Assembly (NCBI GenBank): GCA_028023455.1
Contig: JAQFVV010000005.1
Location: 22,134,001 to 22,198,000 of the forward strand
Reading direction: 5' to 3'
From: Epiperipatus broadwayi
Lineage: Eukaryota; Animalia; Onychophora
DNA: 64,000 nt
Below the pieces are notes generated by a model, which was given only the letters and a program-made list of their open reading frames with translations, did no database searches and was not told where the DNA came from. Below, one piece after another: positions 51,945-64,000 of this stretch. Both the position numbers and the translations under genes were made by a program. The number at the start of each line of letters is the position of its first letter. The stretch's first letter is position 1.

Positions 51945-52938
51945 AATAATTAAAGTTTTAATAAAACATAAAAGCAGTATTATATAATATAATAACAATA
52001 ACAAAACACCAAACTCACAGCTTAAATAATATATGACTAAGATCAGCACTCTAATGCTGTCTACTTTTTAAGCGTGAGTAATAAAATCCGTATCCTTAGT
52101 ATTTAAATGTCTATACTTAACCCAGTGTATGACTTTTGCCTTTATTAATGAGGTTTAAAATACAAAATTAGAAGGAATGTTGGAAGATATTAAAATATAA
52201 AATTATTGAACTGGATTCAAATCTCTACAACAATTCAAGCAAGTGGATTTAGGTCCAAAACCTTGGGTTATTCTGAATTTCAAGTTTTTAGCTTGACAGA
52301 TAAAATAGCGTTAAATCTGGTCCCAAGTCCTACTAATAGATGCAAAAACCAGAAAATGATCTGAAGATGGGAATTTAAGTATTATAGGCTTAGGATGGGA
52401 ATTTAAATAGTAAGGATAGGGTTTTATATGCAGATGATAATGATTACTTACGTTTATACTAAATAATATTAGAGTGGAGCATTGTTCTGGGCTTATTATA
52501 TAATATGTTAATTTAGATATACTGGATGAAATTACGAAAAGCAATTCTACTGTATATTTTATATATTATTAATTTATATTTTAGAAATTTAATGGAACAA
52601 TATCTTACATAAAAATTTTCAGCTTTTTTTTATTACAATAGTGTCCGTTTCTCATTTCCATATAGTAATTTACTTTAAATAGGTATATCACTATGAGAAA
52701 ATACCCTGCCTTTTTAATTTGTTAAATATAGCAGCAAGACTTTGGAGTCTGTGTTATGTCTCCACATGAGTTTAATTTCTAGCTAAAAGCTATTAATATT
52801 GTATTCTCAAAATAATAACTGTTCAAATATAAAGTTAATGAAGATTTTTTTTCCCATCAGTGGCCAATGAATTAATGAATTTTTAACAGCAATTATTAAA
52901 TCAAAGTTTTTATATATTCCATACAAAAATGTTCTATT

Positions 52939-53154
52939 ATTAAACATCACATGATCACTATCTCATACTAGCACATAATTGTTATTAAACAAGGCAAAAC
53001 TCTCCACTGACGAAGGCCACAAGCCAGAAACTAGTCTGGGGATATTGGATGAGTAGGCACTAGATAGGGATTTTATGCACAAGCCTTCTGGCATCCATTG
53101 ATTACTCTGGTTGGCACAGGGTGGCACTACTGTATGGAGAGTTTTACCTTGTTT
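52939..53154 (+). mobile_element. 216-bp family B mini-element (inverted plus direct parts)
   Basis: 52944-53006 is the inverted unit end; 53007-53152 is direct; TSD AATGTTCTATT (52928-38 / 53155-65). Confidence 0.85.
53001..53042 (+). ncRNA. Minimal type I hammerhead ribozyme
   Basis: TCTCCA-CTGACGA-AGGC(CACAA)GCCA-GAA-ACTAGT-C|TGGGGA. Confidence 0.8.
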
Positions 53155-53600
53155 AATGTTCTATTGTTCCAACTGTCAAGAATAACATAACCTTTAGCAT
53201 ACTGTTAGTCTTGACCAAGAGAATTTTAAGTTCTTTTAATTAGTTCAAAATAAAAAGTAAATTATTAAAACTATATCACATCTTTAATTCTTACTTCATG
53301 AAGCTGCCCACATCTTAAGACATGTTTCATGAAAATGTTTTAAACTGTTTATCATAAAAAAAAATTGAAGCTAGTATTGCTGTTTGATATTAATATTCAT
53401 TTCAAATGCATCTGACCACCCCCCTTTCATTAATCATAATGTTTCCTCTCATACTAACTTACTATGTGAATAAACGTCAGTATTCAAACACTTAGCCCCA
53501 AATATTTTAGATTAACTAAACATGGTACTTTGAATTCTTGTTCATTATACTTTCTAGCATATATCTGATGAAAAAAACTGTATCTGTAATGTTATATAAA

Positions 53601-53698
53601 GAGCTCGCAAATAAGCTTTTAACAAGCTTTACAGAATATCCCTAACTCCAGACCGGTTTCTGCTACTGGCTTCATCAGTGAGGTGCTAGGATATTCAA
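53601..53698 (-). mobile_element. Family C repeat with hammerhead at 53646-53683
   Basis: CCTCA-CTGATGA-AGC(CAGTA)GCA-GAA-ACCGGT-C|TGGAG. Confidence 0.8.
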
Positions 53699-54860
53699 GC
53701 ATTAGATTAAAAATACCAGGACAAGACCAGCACTTTATCTAATGGGTAACTATTAAGTAGAAAAACTGAAATTTTCAGACATCCATATGTCTTCCAAATC
53801 CACACTGAGCATCTGCTAATCTCTAAGTATTTTTATTAGAACACCAGGTGACATTTAAGATTACAAAAAGATGTTTTAACTTCTTACAAATAATGGATAT
53901 ACCTTTAAAATCAGTCATTTAAATTCATATATGATTTTTCAAAAGAGAACTCAAATATTTTAATTATACTACTTTAGCTTTGTTACTTAATGTAAGCTTG
54001 AATAACTAGTAAGTGTCAAATGGTAATACTTAATAAATTCTAATTCAGTTCTGTCCCATTCATATCCCAAATTAGTTTTTGGGAATATGGGAACTGAATT
54101 AGTATTAATAGTTTTCATCTGAAAAGCATTGTGCCAGCTGGTGTCACATGATGTTTATTTTTGATTTTATACTAGTCCTTATCAAAGGAAAGGGGTGTCT
54201 GCACTTACTAAAAAACTGAAGAGCCCAAAATATATAGATTCTGAAAGAGTGTCAGATCTATTATAACTGAGCGAGCAAATTGGCTTTAATTCAGAACATT
54301 AAAATCATTTTGAATTTCAGACTGATAACATGATAATACAAAAAAAAAATATGTTCAAAGATGTATAAAATCCAAACAATTCATATACCATAAGCTATTA
54401 TATAATAACTGGTATTTTTTTGTTTCTTTATAAATTTGAATAAATCTACCAATCATCATTATAAAAAGGGGACCATTCTTAGTTTTAATACAATTACGAT
54501 ATACAAAAGAATGTAAAGTGTCCATGATCAGAAAATGATTGTATCTCCATTGCAATTTTAATCCAGAATTCATTTTTAAGCCTATTTCTCAATCATTGAC
54601 TTTCTGTCTTTAATTAAATCTCTAGATTGTATGATTCTGCCAAGAAGAGATGACTGCATGTTTTTTTAATCATAATATAATCATTGTCAAGAAGTGTTCA
54701 AAATTCTTCTTTTTTATGAACCTCAAAACACTTATTCATATCCATATCATATTGAGTATCATTATAATTAGTCTATTGATGCTGATATAGTGAGTGTAAA
54801 AAATAGACAAGTCTTCTGTATCTAATGCAATATAATTACAAAAAAAAAGTCAGATATATA

Positions 54861-54958
54861 GAGCTCAAAAAATAAGCTCTTAACAAGCTTTGAGAATATT
54901 CCCTTCCCCAGACCAGTTTCTGCTACTGGCATCATCAGTGAGGTGCTAGGATATTCAA
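54861..54958 (-). mobile_element. Family C repeat with hammerhead at 54906-54943
   Basis: CCTCA-CTGATGA-TGC(CAGTA)GCA-GAA-ACTGGT-C|TGGGG. Confidence 0.8.
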
Positions 54959-55383
54959 TGTAATATGCAATGTAATGTAAGTCATTAAAGTCATATGTAT
55001 GTAGCACCATCAACTTGTCATGAAATTTGTTAGTTAATATTAACAAACTATAATACATCTGCTTCAACCATTGTCATTGGATTCTTATTATTTGATTTGT
55101 AATGTAAATTATATATTGCATACATGTAAAATAACAAGTAAACATCACTTCATATACATAATTGTGAAAACACCTTATATTCTATGTTAGTACAGCCAAT
55201 CGTGTAATTAGAACAGTACAAAGCCACATCTTATAATATTATAAATGAGAGTATTTAAGCACCTCCTATTATCTCATTATTTAACTAAGATATAAGATAT
55301 TACATAATAGCTTTGTATTGTCATGATTCACAATTTAAAATTTGGCTACTATGTAACATCTTATGTTTTAATTAAATAATGAG

Positions 55384-55397
55384 CCAGTAGATGGCAC
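55384..55397 (+). promoter_or_regulatory. CTCF-motif match
   Basis: CCAGTAGATGGCAC fits CCASYAGRKGGCRS; motif only. Confidence 0.35.
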
Positions 55398-55799
55398 TTG
55401 AAGTCTCTTATTAACAATATCTGTTTAACATCTAGAGAACTGTCCTCAATAAATTTGTGAATGTGATTTCATAATCAACCCACACTGGAAATAAGTTGTC
55501 AACTGACCAATGACTAAAATGTTTTATTTAATAAACGTAATACCTTTTTTTGCAATAAACCCAAAATTTGTTATATTTATAAACTATTATTAAAAAATGT
55601 TTGCCTGAGGGTTTGTGAGTATGGCTTTTTAGTAATAATTAAATATTGGAGTATTTTCAGCATCTAACATTAAGTATTAAATGTCTTTAGAAAAATTTAA
55701 AACTGTATTTAAATTTTCAATTACTTTTAACTGTTAAAAATAGCATGCAAGTTGGTATAACACAACCTTTCTAGTGGTATTGTCTCTTCACTTCTTGTA

Positions 55800-56400
55800 G
55801 GGGCCTGACCAGTGACAATATTAGCATGGAAATTGAAATTTGATCTTTATATTCTTGAATATTGAATTTTTAAGGTAAGACTATAACCAGCTGAGATATT
55901 CTGACAAGGGCAACTCAGTAGAAATTTTGTATACTTATCTATGAGGATCCTTCTGTTTCTCCACTTTTTCTTAATAGAAAAGGTAATTAGTGGCTTCATT
56001 AGTTTGACTTATGGTGTTGTCATCTGAACAGCAACTTTGAATTGTCTTCTTTGTACTTTTTCCTGTCTACCCAATATTTTTGTATTTTCTCAATTGAACA
56101 TATGTTCATTGGTATATTCATGAACTACTACTTTAGACTAACCTGTTTCCCTCTTTTCTAATAATCAGTTTGTGCTCTTTAAATTGTTTTTCAAAAGGGA
56201 GATTGCATTCGCTAATATACATCCTTCCACAATCATGTGGTATTTTAAAGATGCAGTTTTTATTTGAATTGAGACTCCATTCTTGTCTGAGATTATAAGA
56301 TGATGTGTTTTTGATAAAGATTTAATGGTTGTTTTCCTGGTAAAGCTTCATAAAAAACAGAACAAATCATTACTTATTTCCAAATTGATGATATTGTGAT
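55800..56400 (-). mobile_element. Penelope-like element GIY-YIG endonuclease fragment, decayed
   Basis: NCIFKIPHDCGRMYISECNLPFEKQFKEHK...EHMFN*ENTKILG..RRQFK matches the PLE GIY-YIG pattern (C.YKIPC.CG..YIG.T...R..EH). Confidence 0.8.
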
Positions 56401-58015
56401 AAGTGAATCTTCGAAAGATTGTCTATCTAACAACACCTTTTTTTTAATTAAAGGTAATTAAATAAAAGAAAGTAATTATTAGCTATATGTGGTATGGATT
56501 AGTTATAGATAGAAGACGGTGGAGGTCAAGGGTGGTTCTTTGCTGTCACATCCAGTAATTAAACTTCTTATGAATTCCTGAACAAGAAACCATTTGATTA
56601 GTTTTTTACAAGTTCTTTGCTTAATAATTAGAGAAGATTAATTTTTAATGTGGAAAAATATTATAAATAAAAAAACAAATATCAGATTTACAGCTTTTTG
56701 AATTATCTTTTATTTTGTGATTAACATCACAACATCCCAGTCAGTGAAGTTTGGAATCCCATGGAGTTTTAAACCAGTGATATCCAATCTTTTTTCAATT
56801 TGGAAGCCCATTTTATAAATGTTTTTAATTAATGTAATTGTTGTTATTTTAAATATATATGTTAGAACTGTATACAAATAATCCCATAATGGCATTAAAA
56901 AGCAATGGAATAATACAATGAATAGGCATAAACATAGCAGTATGTCCCAAATGAAAAGATGACTAGTTTTCTCTTCAAACTATCTGCAGTGCCATCTATG
57001 TATCAACATATTTGTTATATACAGTGACAGTAGTTATAGCATGAAATTTTAAAGTATGGTTTGTACCTTAATTCATAATGGAATAATGCAGTAACATTAA
57101 ATTTTGTTTCAAATCAAGCAAAACTTCTATTGGAATGTCTAAATGGTTTAAGCTATTTATGGCAGTGAAGACATAAGTATCATGAATATTTTTAAATGGT
57201 TTGCAAGATTCTGTGACATAGAAAAATAAAGATGATCTATGAAAGTATAAAACACACATGTTGTAACTTATAACTGAAATCTCATTAAAAATTTTGTGGT
57301 AAATAGCTAAACTATCTCATATTGATTCCGAGATGGTGCTATGGAGAGAAAACCAATTATCTTTTTACTAAAACACACTGTGTAAATTTGTGTTTAAAAC
57401 ACAAAAGATACCATGAATTCAAGTAAATAAACTCCAAATTACATTTAAAAAACTACATTAAAATCAATTGATTGAAGAGGTTTTTTTTTTTTGGGGGGGG
57501 AGCATTATTTAATTGTCTGCATTCCCTTAAATGTTCTTTGCCTATTTTTATCTTTGGGTATATGCATACCCCTGACTGTGAGATTGATATAAATGACTCT
57601 TGACATAGAGAAGCTGTGGATATATTGCACTGACAGTCATATGTCTCCAGTCATGAAATTAGGTCATAATACAGATCTTTTTCATGACAGTTTATTAATG
57701 ATCATTGGACTGACTTTGATAATAATGCATCTGTTACTCTTTATCTAAAAATAATAAATGCTTATTAGATGGTTAGTCATGGTGTAATTATTTTTAAAAA
57801 GTTCTGAGCTTGATTAATTATCCTTTGACTACATGAAAACATTTCCACCTCTCACTCTGGATTTAAAGCTCAAATCATGGATATAGCAGCCTAATAATCT
57901 AATACTTTTATCTTTTGGAGACTACATCAAAATACTCTGGATTTTTCCCACACATTTGTAAAAGTACTACCAATATGTATTTATTGTCTTTTCAAACAGC
58001 AAAGTGCTTTCACTG

Positions 58016-58113
58016 GTCAAGCGTTGGTGGCTTATTGGTTAGTATAGCTGCCTTCCAAGCAGCTGGTCTGGGTTCGCTTCCCGGTCAATGCTTTTGACAT
58101 ATGAAAAAAAAAA
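58016..58113 (+). mobile_element. tRNA-Gly(TCC)-derived SINE, short subfamily
   Basis: GTCAA-GCGTTGGTGG...CCTTCCAAG...GGTTCGCTTCCC...TTTGACATATG(A)n; TSD GCT(T/C)TCACTG. Confidence 0.9.
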
Positions 58114-58812
58114 GCTCTCACTGCTGTTTCTCTCTGTCAATGCTAGTCTCAGAATAAAAGATATTCTGCATGGATTCTTCTATAATCCAGTGTTATAATC
58201 TTGAGATAGGAGAAAGGGGTGAAAGCTTTTCTTTTTCTCACTTTATTTTTATCTGTCTCAGTAAATCACAATTACTTAATCTTTTTTTTCTTTCTATCTT
58301 TTAAGCCATTGATTTTATAATCATTATTTTAATTACTCTTTGGGGTTTAATGCAATGGTGACCTGTATAGTTTGATGCAGCGGTAAAAAGCTGGATTCTG
58401 GAGCTCAGATTCATGAATCATAATAGTTAATCTCTGTCATATCTAATGCCAAAACATTGTAGTCCTTCCTGAATGACAAACCATTCGATTACTTTTTATG
58501 ATACAAGGTATTTGAAGATATCATCTTTTTCTATTATATAACTACGAGTGTACTTCACACTCTACAATGCATGACTGTATTGATTAAGGCAGTTGATTCC
58601 GCTAATTTACACACTATTTTACACTTTCATCAATCAATATTAATAATATCTTCAAGTCAGAACGCAGACTATTCGCTACCGTTATCTTTGTAGATGAACT
58701 ATTTTCTCTGCATAATCCGCATTCACTAAAATGAATAAAATAATTTATGCAGTTCACTCTTTCTCTTTTATTATGCTAGTTGATTCTTTAATTACAAATT
58801 TGTCATTCACAG

Positions 58813-58966
58813 CTGGATGACCGAAGAAGTCAAAATAAATAAATGAAAAACCCTATAATTGAATTGGATCGCGATTATTTACATGTCCAAGATATCACGG
58901 ATTTTCAGATTAATGACTATATAACTGTTATCCCTTTTTATAATACACGAAGTGATTTAATAAACG
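58813..58966 (+). CDS. Candidate exon upstream of the cbEGF exon (ATG at 58843)
   Basis: Acceptor tttgtcattcacag, protein-like ORF MKNPIIELDRDYL...SDLIN, phase-1 donor G|gtagtt; in-frame TAA immediately before the ATG. Confidence 0.3.
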
Positions 58967-59079
58967 GTAGTTATGATTTGACTGCAGGAAGATTGAAAAA
59001 ATTTGTAGATTTTAATTTTAACTGTCAGTATATCCATCTGCAGTAATAATAGACATTCGCAAATGACTATTGCCATTCC

Positions 59080-59370
59080 AAAAATAAATAAATAAATAAA
59101 TAAATGACAAAATAATAATAGTAGTAGCAAAAGTATAATAATAGTAGTGATAGTAATAATAGTAGCAGTAGTAATAAATATAGTAGTAGTAACAGTTGTA
59201 ATAGTAATAATAATGGTAGTAATAGTAGCAGTAATAGCAGAAGCAACAGTAACAATAATGCTAACACTAGTAATAGTGATAGTAGTAATAATTATAAAAA
59301 TAGTAATAATAGAAGTAATAGCAGTAAGAACAATAATAATAGCCACAGTAGTAGCAATAAAAATATATAC
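59080..59370. repeat. Degenerate (AAT/AGT/AGC)n trinucleotide repeat
   Basis: Directly visible. Confidence 0.95.
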
Positions 59371-59902
59371 TAAACATGAGTTTTGCAAAGACTATACAAA
59401 CCCATCTGTGAATTTCAAATATACAATATATAGAAAATATTGGCCCATTATTCTATTTATTTGATTTTGTGGCTGTCTTTTAATTTCTTTTGCAACAAAA
59501 ATCTTTTTCCCAAAAAACTACAATACTTTGTTTAATTATACCTTTTCATTCTATTCTCAGTCATATTTCTCCTATGAAAGCAATCAATATTGTACTTGTT
59601 TAGAATGATTTTGAGATATAACAAAAATGGGGGCTACCTCTACCATAAAAACTATATTCAAATTCACCATAAAATACTTTTTCAGGAAATCTTATATTGT
59701 TCAATTAATTCCACATATCTGATCCAATGACAGTATGATTTCTATAGTAGCAGATTCTTTAGTATTACATCCAACATGCTGGAAAACATATTGATTGGTC
59801 TTATGATGTTGACATTGTACTTTTGGAATTTTACGGAGTATCACTTTAATGAACATCGTTACACAGTTACATAATATGTAGTAATTATGATTTGATTGAA
59901 TG

Positions 59903-59936
<34 letters not shown>

Positions 59937-59953
59937 ATATGAGAATATATATA

Positions 59954-60955
59954 CAAGGTATCCCTAAAGTTGCCATATGTAAAGAAAATGGGAAATTGAA
60001 ACTAAACATACTTTTATTTACAAAATATTCCTTACAAAATTTTACAAAATATTTCCAAAATATTCTGTACATTTTGACTATCTCTTTCTACTACACACAG
60101 AAAGTCTTTTATTCCACCCATGGTGAATCTATTATGTAAAAAATTGCATTTTGAATGTTTTTCTTTTAAATGATTCATGTTTCTAATATTTTCCTTCTAC
60201 ACCATGGATTTTAAGTTGCCTAAAACCAGGGAATTTGGAAAACCATTACACAGCGCTTCAGTAACCAATTGTGAATGTGAAAACTGTTGATCCAATCATC
60301 ATTGTAATATTTATACCATAATGAATTGGTGCTCCATCATTTTGAAAATATGAAAACTCCCAATTTCTTTTCAGAGAGACAACATAGTTATTTTATAGCA
60401 TATTTAAATAAATGTCTCCAGTAAGATCTGTGCCAAAGAAAACAAGTCTAACAATTTTGTTGCTCTATTTATCCCACACTACACCATCACTTATCCAGTT
60501 TAAGTTGTTAGCATTCCATTGACATAGGTTTTAGTGATTGAGTTCTACATTGATATAAAAGTTGATTTCATCAATAAAGAGTATTTTGACTGTGAATGCC
60601 CATTCATAAAATTCAAGCCTCTTATCTGGATACCTTGGCAGTTAAGCCTTCATCAGTGAATATACATGTCTGTCTACTTTTATGTTAGTCAACAACACTT
60701 CCAGTTTTCCTAAACTTCTTAATAGGTTTGGCAACAATATTGTAATTAAGATGCTTGTCATGTTACTGTTAAAGTCCATTGCAAACGATTCTTTCCTGAA
60801 ACAGCCATGAGGACTATTTTAATATGCTCTTCTTTTGATTGTAGTATTCTTTTAGATGTGAAAGTATCAATATATATATATTAAAAATATAAATTATAAT
60901 ATAAAATATGGGTTTACTAATTAATTCTATGTATGTCGATTTGTGGGACCCTCTG
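59954..60955 (-). mobile_element. Decayed Tc1/mariner transposon
   Basis: Minus frames give KILFIDEINFY, FFGTDLTGDIYLNML, IFQNDGAPIHY; TA|CAAGGTATCCC and GGGACCCTCTG resemble CAGGGTGTCCC TIRs. Confidence 0.75.
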
Positions 60956-61174
60956 CGTATATATAATTTTTTATTTAGACTTTATTAAATCTTAAGATAA
61001 TGACATTAAATTATTTTATTAATTTTGTTTTAATAAGTGAAGGAGAGGCATTAATAATAGAGTTTGAGTATTTTTCCATATTTGTTTTAACTTCTATTTA
61101 AGGATAGATAGATACCCATTAACTGATCACTTTTTGTTAGCTAGATTTATTATGGCTAACGCTATTGAAATAAT

Positions 61175-61255
61175 TTAATTTGGCTTGGATTCGAATTCCC
61201 AATCATAAGCATGCCAGATGGATGCACTACTTATGCACCACAAAGCTCTTCCACA
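61175..61255 (-). mobile_element. Head of the second tRNA-derived SINE family
   Basis: gaagagctttGTGGTGCATAAGTAGTGCAT...GAATTCGAATCC aligns with 51301-51366. Confidence 0.5.
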
Positions 61256-61500
61256 TACATATTTATATAGAGATCCATACACATATATATAGCATTGTAA
61301 TTGGAGGGGGGAAAAACCCACTCGATTTTATTTTTTATATAACTAAGCTTTTTTATAATTAATTATTAGTAATTTTAATTATTTGTTAATCAACAAGTCT
61401 TATTCAGATATTATGTTTTTAAATATCTAACTAAATTATTATTTTAAACATAACTATATTAATTTGAGTTGTATTTGATTTCAAATAATTTCTTTTCCAG

Positions 61501-61617
61501 ATGAGAATGAATGTCTTGGTCAACCTTGTGACGTTTTTGCTAAGTGCACGAACACACTCGGCTCTTATTACTGCACGTGTAATCCCGGATACACAGGAAA
61601 TGGTTTAATTTGTAAAG
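61501..61617 (+). CDS. Calcium-binding EGF domain exon, phase 1-1
   Basis: ttcttttccag|...|gttagt; 117 bp; (D)ENECLGQPCDVFAKCTNTLGSYYCTCNPGYTGNGLICK with DxNEC and CxNTxGSY motifs. Confidence 0.95.
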
Positions 61618-62051
61618 GTTAGTGGAATATTAAAGAATTTGCGAAACTTCTTCAATTTTCTTTATATATGTATAATGCTGATAAACGCTCTGTAATTTCG
61701 ATTTGATAAATTATATCTAAACTTTATATATATTACAAATCATTCTAAAAAAAAATCCTAATATATATTTTATAGTTTGCTTTTATTTTTATTTCGTTTG
61801 ATCCTTATATGCATATAAATTTTAATTTTATACTTACATGAGCAATAGATTTAATTTATAAGTTGACTACTTTGATACCTTCATTCTTAATAATTAGTTA
61901 TCATTTGCAATATTAAATTAGCCAGCATGCACGCATAAAATGCATATAAGATAATAAATAGACTTTAATATACGGAATTAAAGTTAATATTTAGTATATG
62001 TTCAAATTAACTTATTAATACATTGTACAGGCTTAAACCTGCATTTATATA

Positions 62052-62210
62052 TGTAATGTTTGCGGGGTTCGAACTCAGACTTCCACACGACCCACCACTC
62101 TCAGTGCCGTCTCATATTGCTGACCCACCTGATCACACACATGTTGAAAAGATAAATAATCACCAATATTCGTATTTCATGCTAAACCAGCAATCATCAG
62201 TTGGTCCAGA
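62052..62210 (+). repeat. Single arm of family E
   Basis: Starts tatata|TGTAATG, matches 49390-49540, then switches to an unrelated GC-richer sequence. Confidence 0.85.
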
Positions 62211-63311
62211 TATATATGTTGTACCGGTCAAAATATGTTTATCCATCTAACATGAGCTGGAACTCACAAAATGTACTTCAAATCCAGTCAAGCCCAAGAT
62301 TTAGGTCAGGGACCAACCTGGATTCGAACCCACTCCATAAGCTCCAGATCAAACACCTAATGAATAACATAATAGTGATGGCATATGAGAATTAATTTTA
62401 AATCCCGCCGACTAGGAGAGCGGAGAAGACAATGAGACATCTCTTAACTATGACTATATTAAAATATATATAAGCAGGCTTTACTTTTGGAAGTGGAGAA
62501 AAGAAGGAATTCGAACTACTCAGATAAGTTAAACAATAAAATTATCCATCTAACAAATTATTATACATTTATAAATAAATTATATTAGTATGTGCGTGAA
62601 TGAGCAAGCGGTAGATAATTACATAGTGTCATTCACGCTATTATTTCTCATATGCTCTTTATTAGCTAAATAATATATTACAAATAAGCACACATCTTTG
62701 GTGGGTCTAATATTGAGATGCCAATCAGTATTAGAAAGAATTACATAATACTGCCATTAACGCTTTGATTTACGGGTCTGAAACGTGGTGACTAACATAT
62801 GATTTAGGGGAGCATTCTGAAATTCATTATACATATGATATAAATTATTTTCACGCCACCGAGGTCATGAAAATAAACAAAAGACAGTTGAAAAATTATA
62901 TTTGAAACTATGACAAAATATTTAGTGAAATTATTTTAACAATAGAAAGACTAACGCTTTATTTTCCCCAAGGCATATAGATACTCTTAAATATAGATAT
63001 ATAAATTACGAAAGTAGGATTGTATATGATTGAAATAAACTTAATTAATAAAATAGAAGTGATTGGCATTTATATATATCTTTTAAGCAAAGCACAATTT
63101 TAATATTAGAGCATTAAAACTGGGTCATGAAGCAAAAGAAATACTAATACAAATAAGTTTGCGGTGCTGACATAATAGCCTAAAATAACTAAGAGAAAAG
63201 GTCTGCTTCTGGATAAAAAAATGAAATCTCACACCCCCTTCTTGGGTAGTGCTTAGAGAAAAGTGGATAGGCATGGCGTGGCCCAGACTTTTGCTGGTAT
63301 AACCGACGTGA

Positions 63312-63456
63312 GAGGCCTTTTATCTACGAAGTGTATATGCATAGCGTGTGCCAAACTTATGGGATCACCACCAGAGGCTTTTGATACGAAGAAAAAAATA
63401 TGCATAGCGTGTGCCAAACTTATGGGATCACCACCAGAGGCATTTTTATACGAAGA
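63312..63456 (+). repeat. 63-bp tandem repeat, about 2.3 copies
   Basis: atatgcatagcgtgtgccaaacttatgggatcaccaccagaggc identical at 63335 and 63398. Confidence 0.92.
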
Positions 63457-64000
63457 CTTGAGAAGAAATTTATGGGTTCGAACTCGTCGTAACCCCCAAA
63501 TTAAGAAGCACGTATATATATAGAATGAAGATAGGCTATATGACAGAAACGCAGTATGAATGAATGTCTCTAATGACATGAGATAAGTTTTACTGCCTTA
63601 AAAATAAATGACCCTTGTTTAAATACTATAATATGCGATGCAATTATAATATATATATAGAGAGAGAATATTTCATTTAATAAAATATATGTTAAGATTT
63701 TATATAGCAAAAGAAACATTAAGATTTAGATTTCAAATTAATAAAATACACGTTAAGATTTGATTTAGTAAGACAAACATTAAGATTTTCCCCCATCTCT
63801 TCTTCTACTAGTTAAAATAAATCAATCTCACCTTCATTGATTTTACAATAACTGAAATATATAAATACGGTATTTGATATTTTAAGCATACATTTTAAGA
63901 GTATATAAAAAAAACTAGCAGTTATATATATATATGTAAAACAATTAAGTCACCTTATTTTAGAATTAAATAAATAATATTTTATAAGATTTCAAAGCGT

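Noticed and set aside
58021-58092. Functional tRNA-Gly(TCC) gene (also 25236-25307)
   Set aside because: TSDs, poly(A) tail, shared altered box B and stem mismatches indicate SINE copies
58615-58725. Minus-strand exon ECGLCRENSSSTK...
   Set aside because: Good acceptor but only weak donors and no convincing partner exon
58957-59464. Long Ile/Thr, poly-Leu and Val/Ile ORFs
   Set aside because: Products of the degenerate trinucleotide repeat
63312-63456. CRISPR array
   Set aside because: Only two full repeats, 44-bp core, spacers related to each other, eukaryotic context

Overview
Very AT-rich animal genomic DNA, probably an invertebrate (inferred from composition and repeats), mostly intronic or intergenic and dense in decayed transposons. 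Host coding content is on the + strand: an EGF-like exon (13257-13349) with a likely terminal exon (13765-13826), and a calcium-binding EGF exon (61501-61617) that may belong to a second gene. Recognisable TE remnants include Merlin, RTE LINEs, a LINE with an (ATCAC)n tail, L1/Tx1-like ends, Penelope GIY-YIG fragments and a Tc1/mariner. The main discovery is a multi-family system of non-coding repeats carrying minimal type I hammerhead ribozymes with a palindromic helix III (ACTAGT or ACCGGT) and an atypical helix II closing pair. Family B copies insert as tandem plus inverted units flanked by 11-13 bp target-site duplications, i.e. Penelope pLTR or retrozyme-like elements. Also notable: a tRNA-Gly-derived SINE with an extended acceptor stem (6 copies, all with TSD-like flanks), two fold-back insertions with 13-bp direct repeats, a 42-bp perfect-hairpin mini-transposon with an 8-bp TSD, and two 3-3.6 kb TGTAAC...GTTACA elements sitting in (TA)n tracts. 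All analysis was by eye; coordinates of old repeats are approximate.
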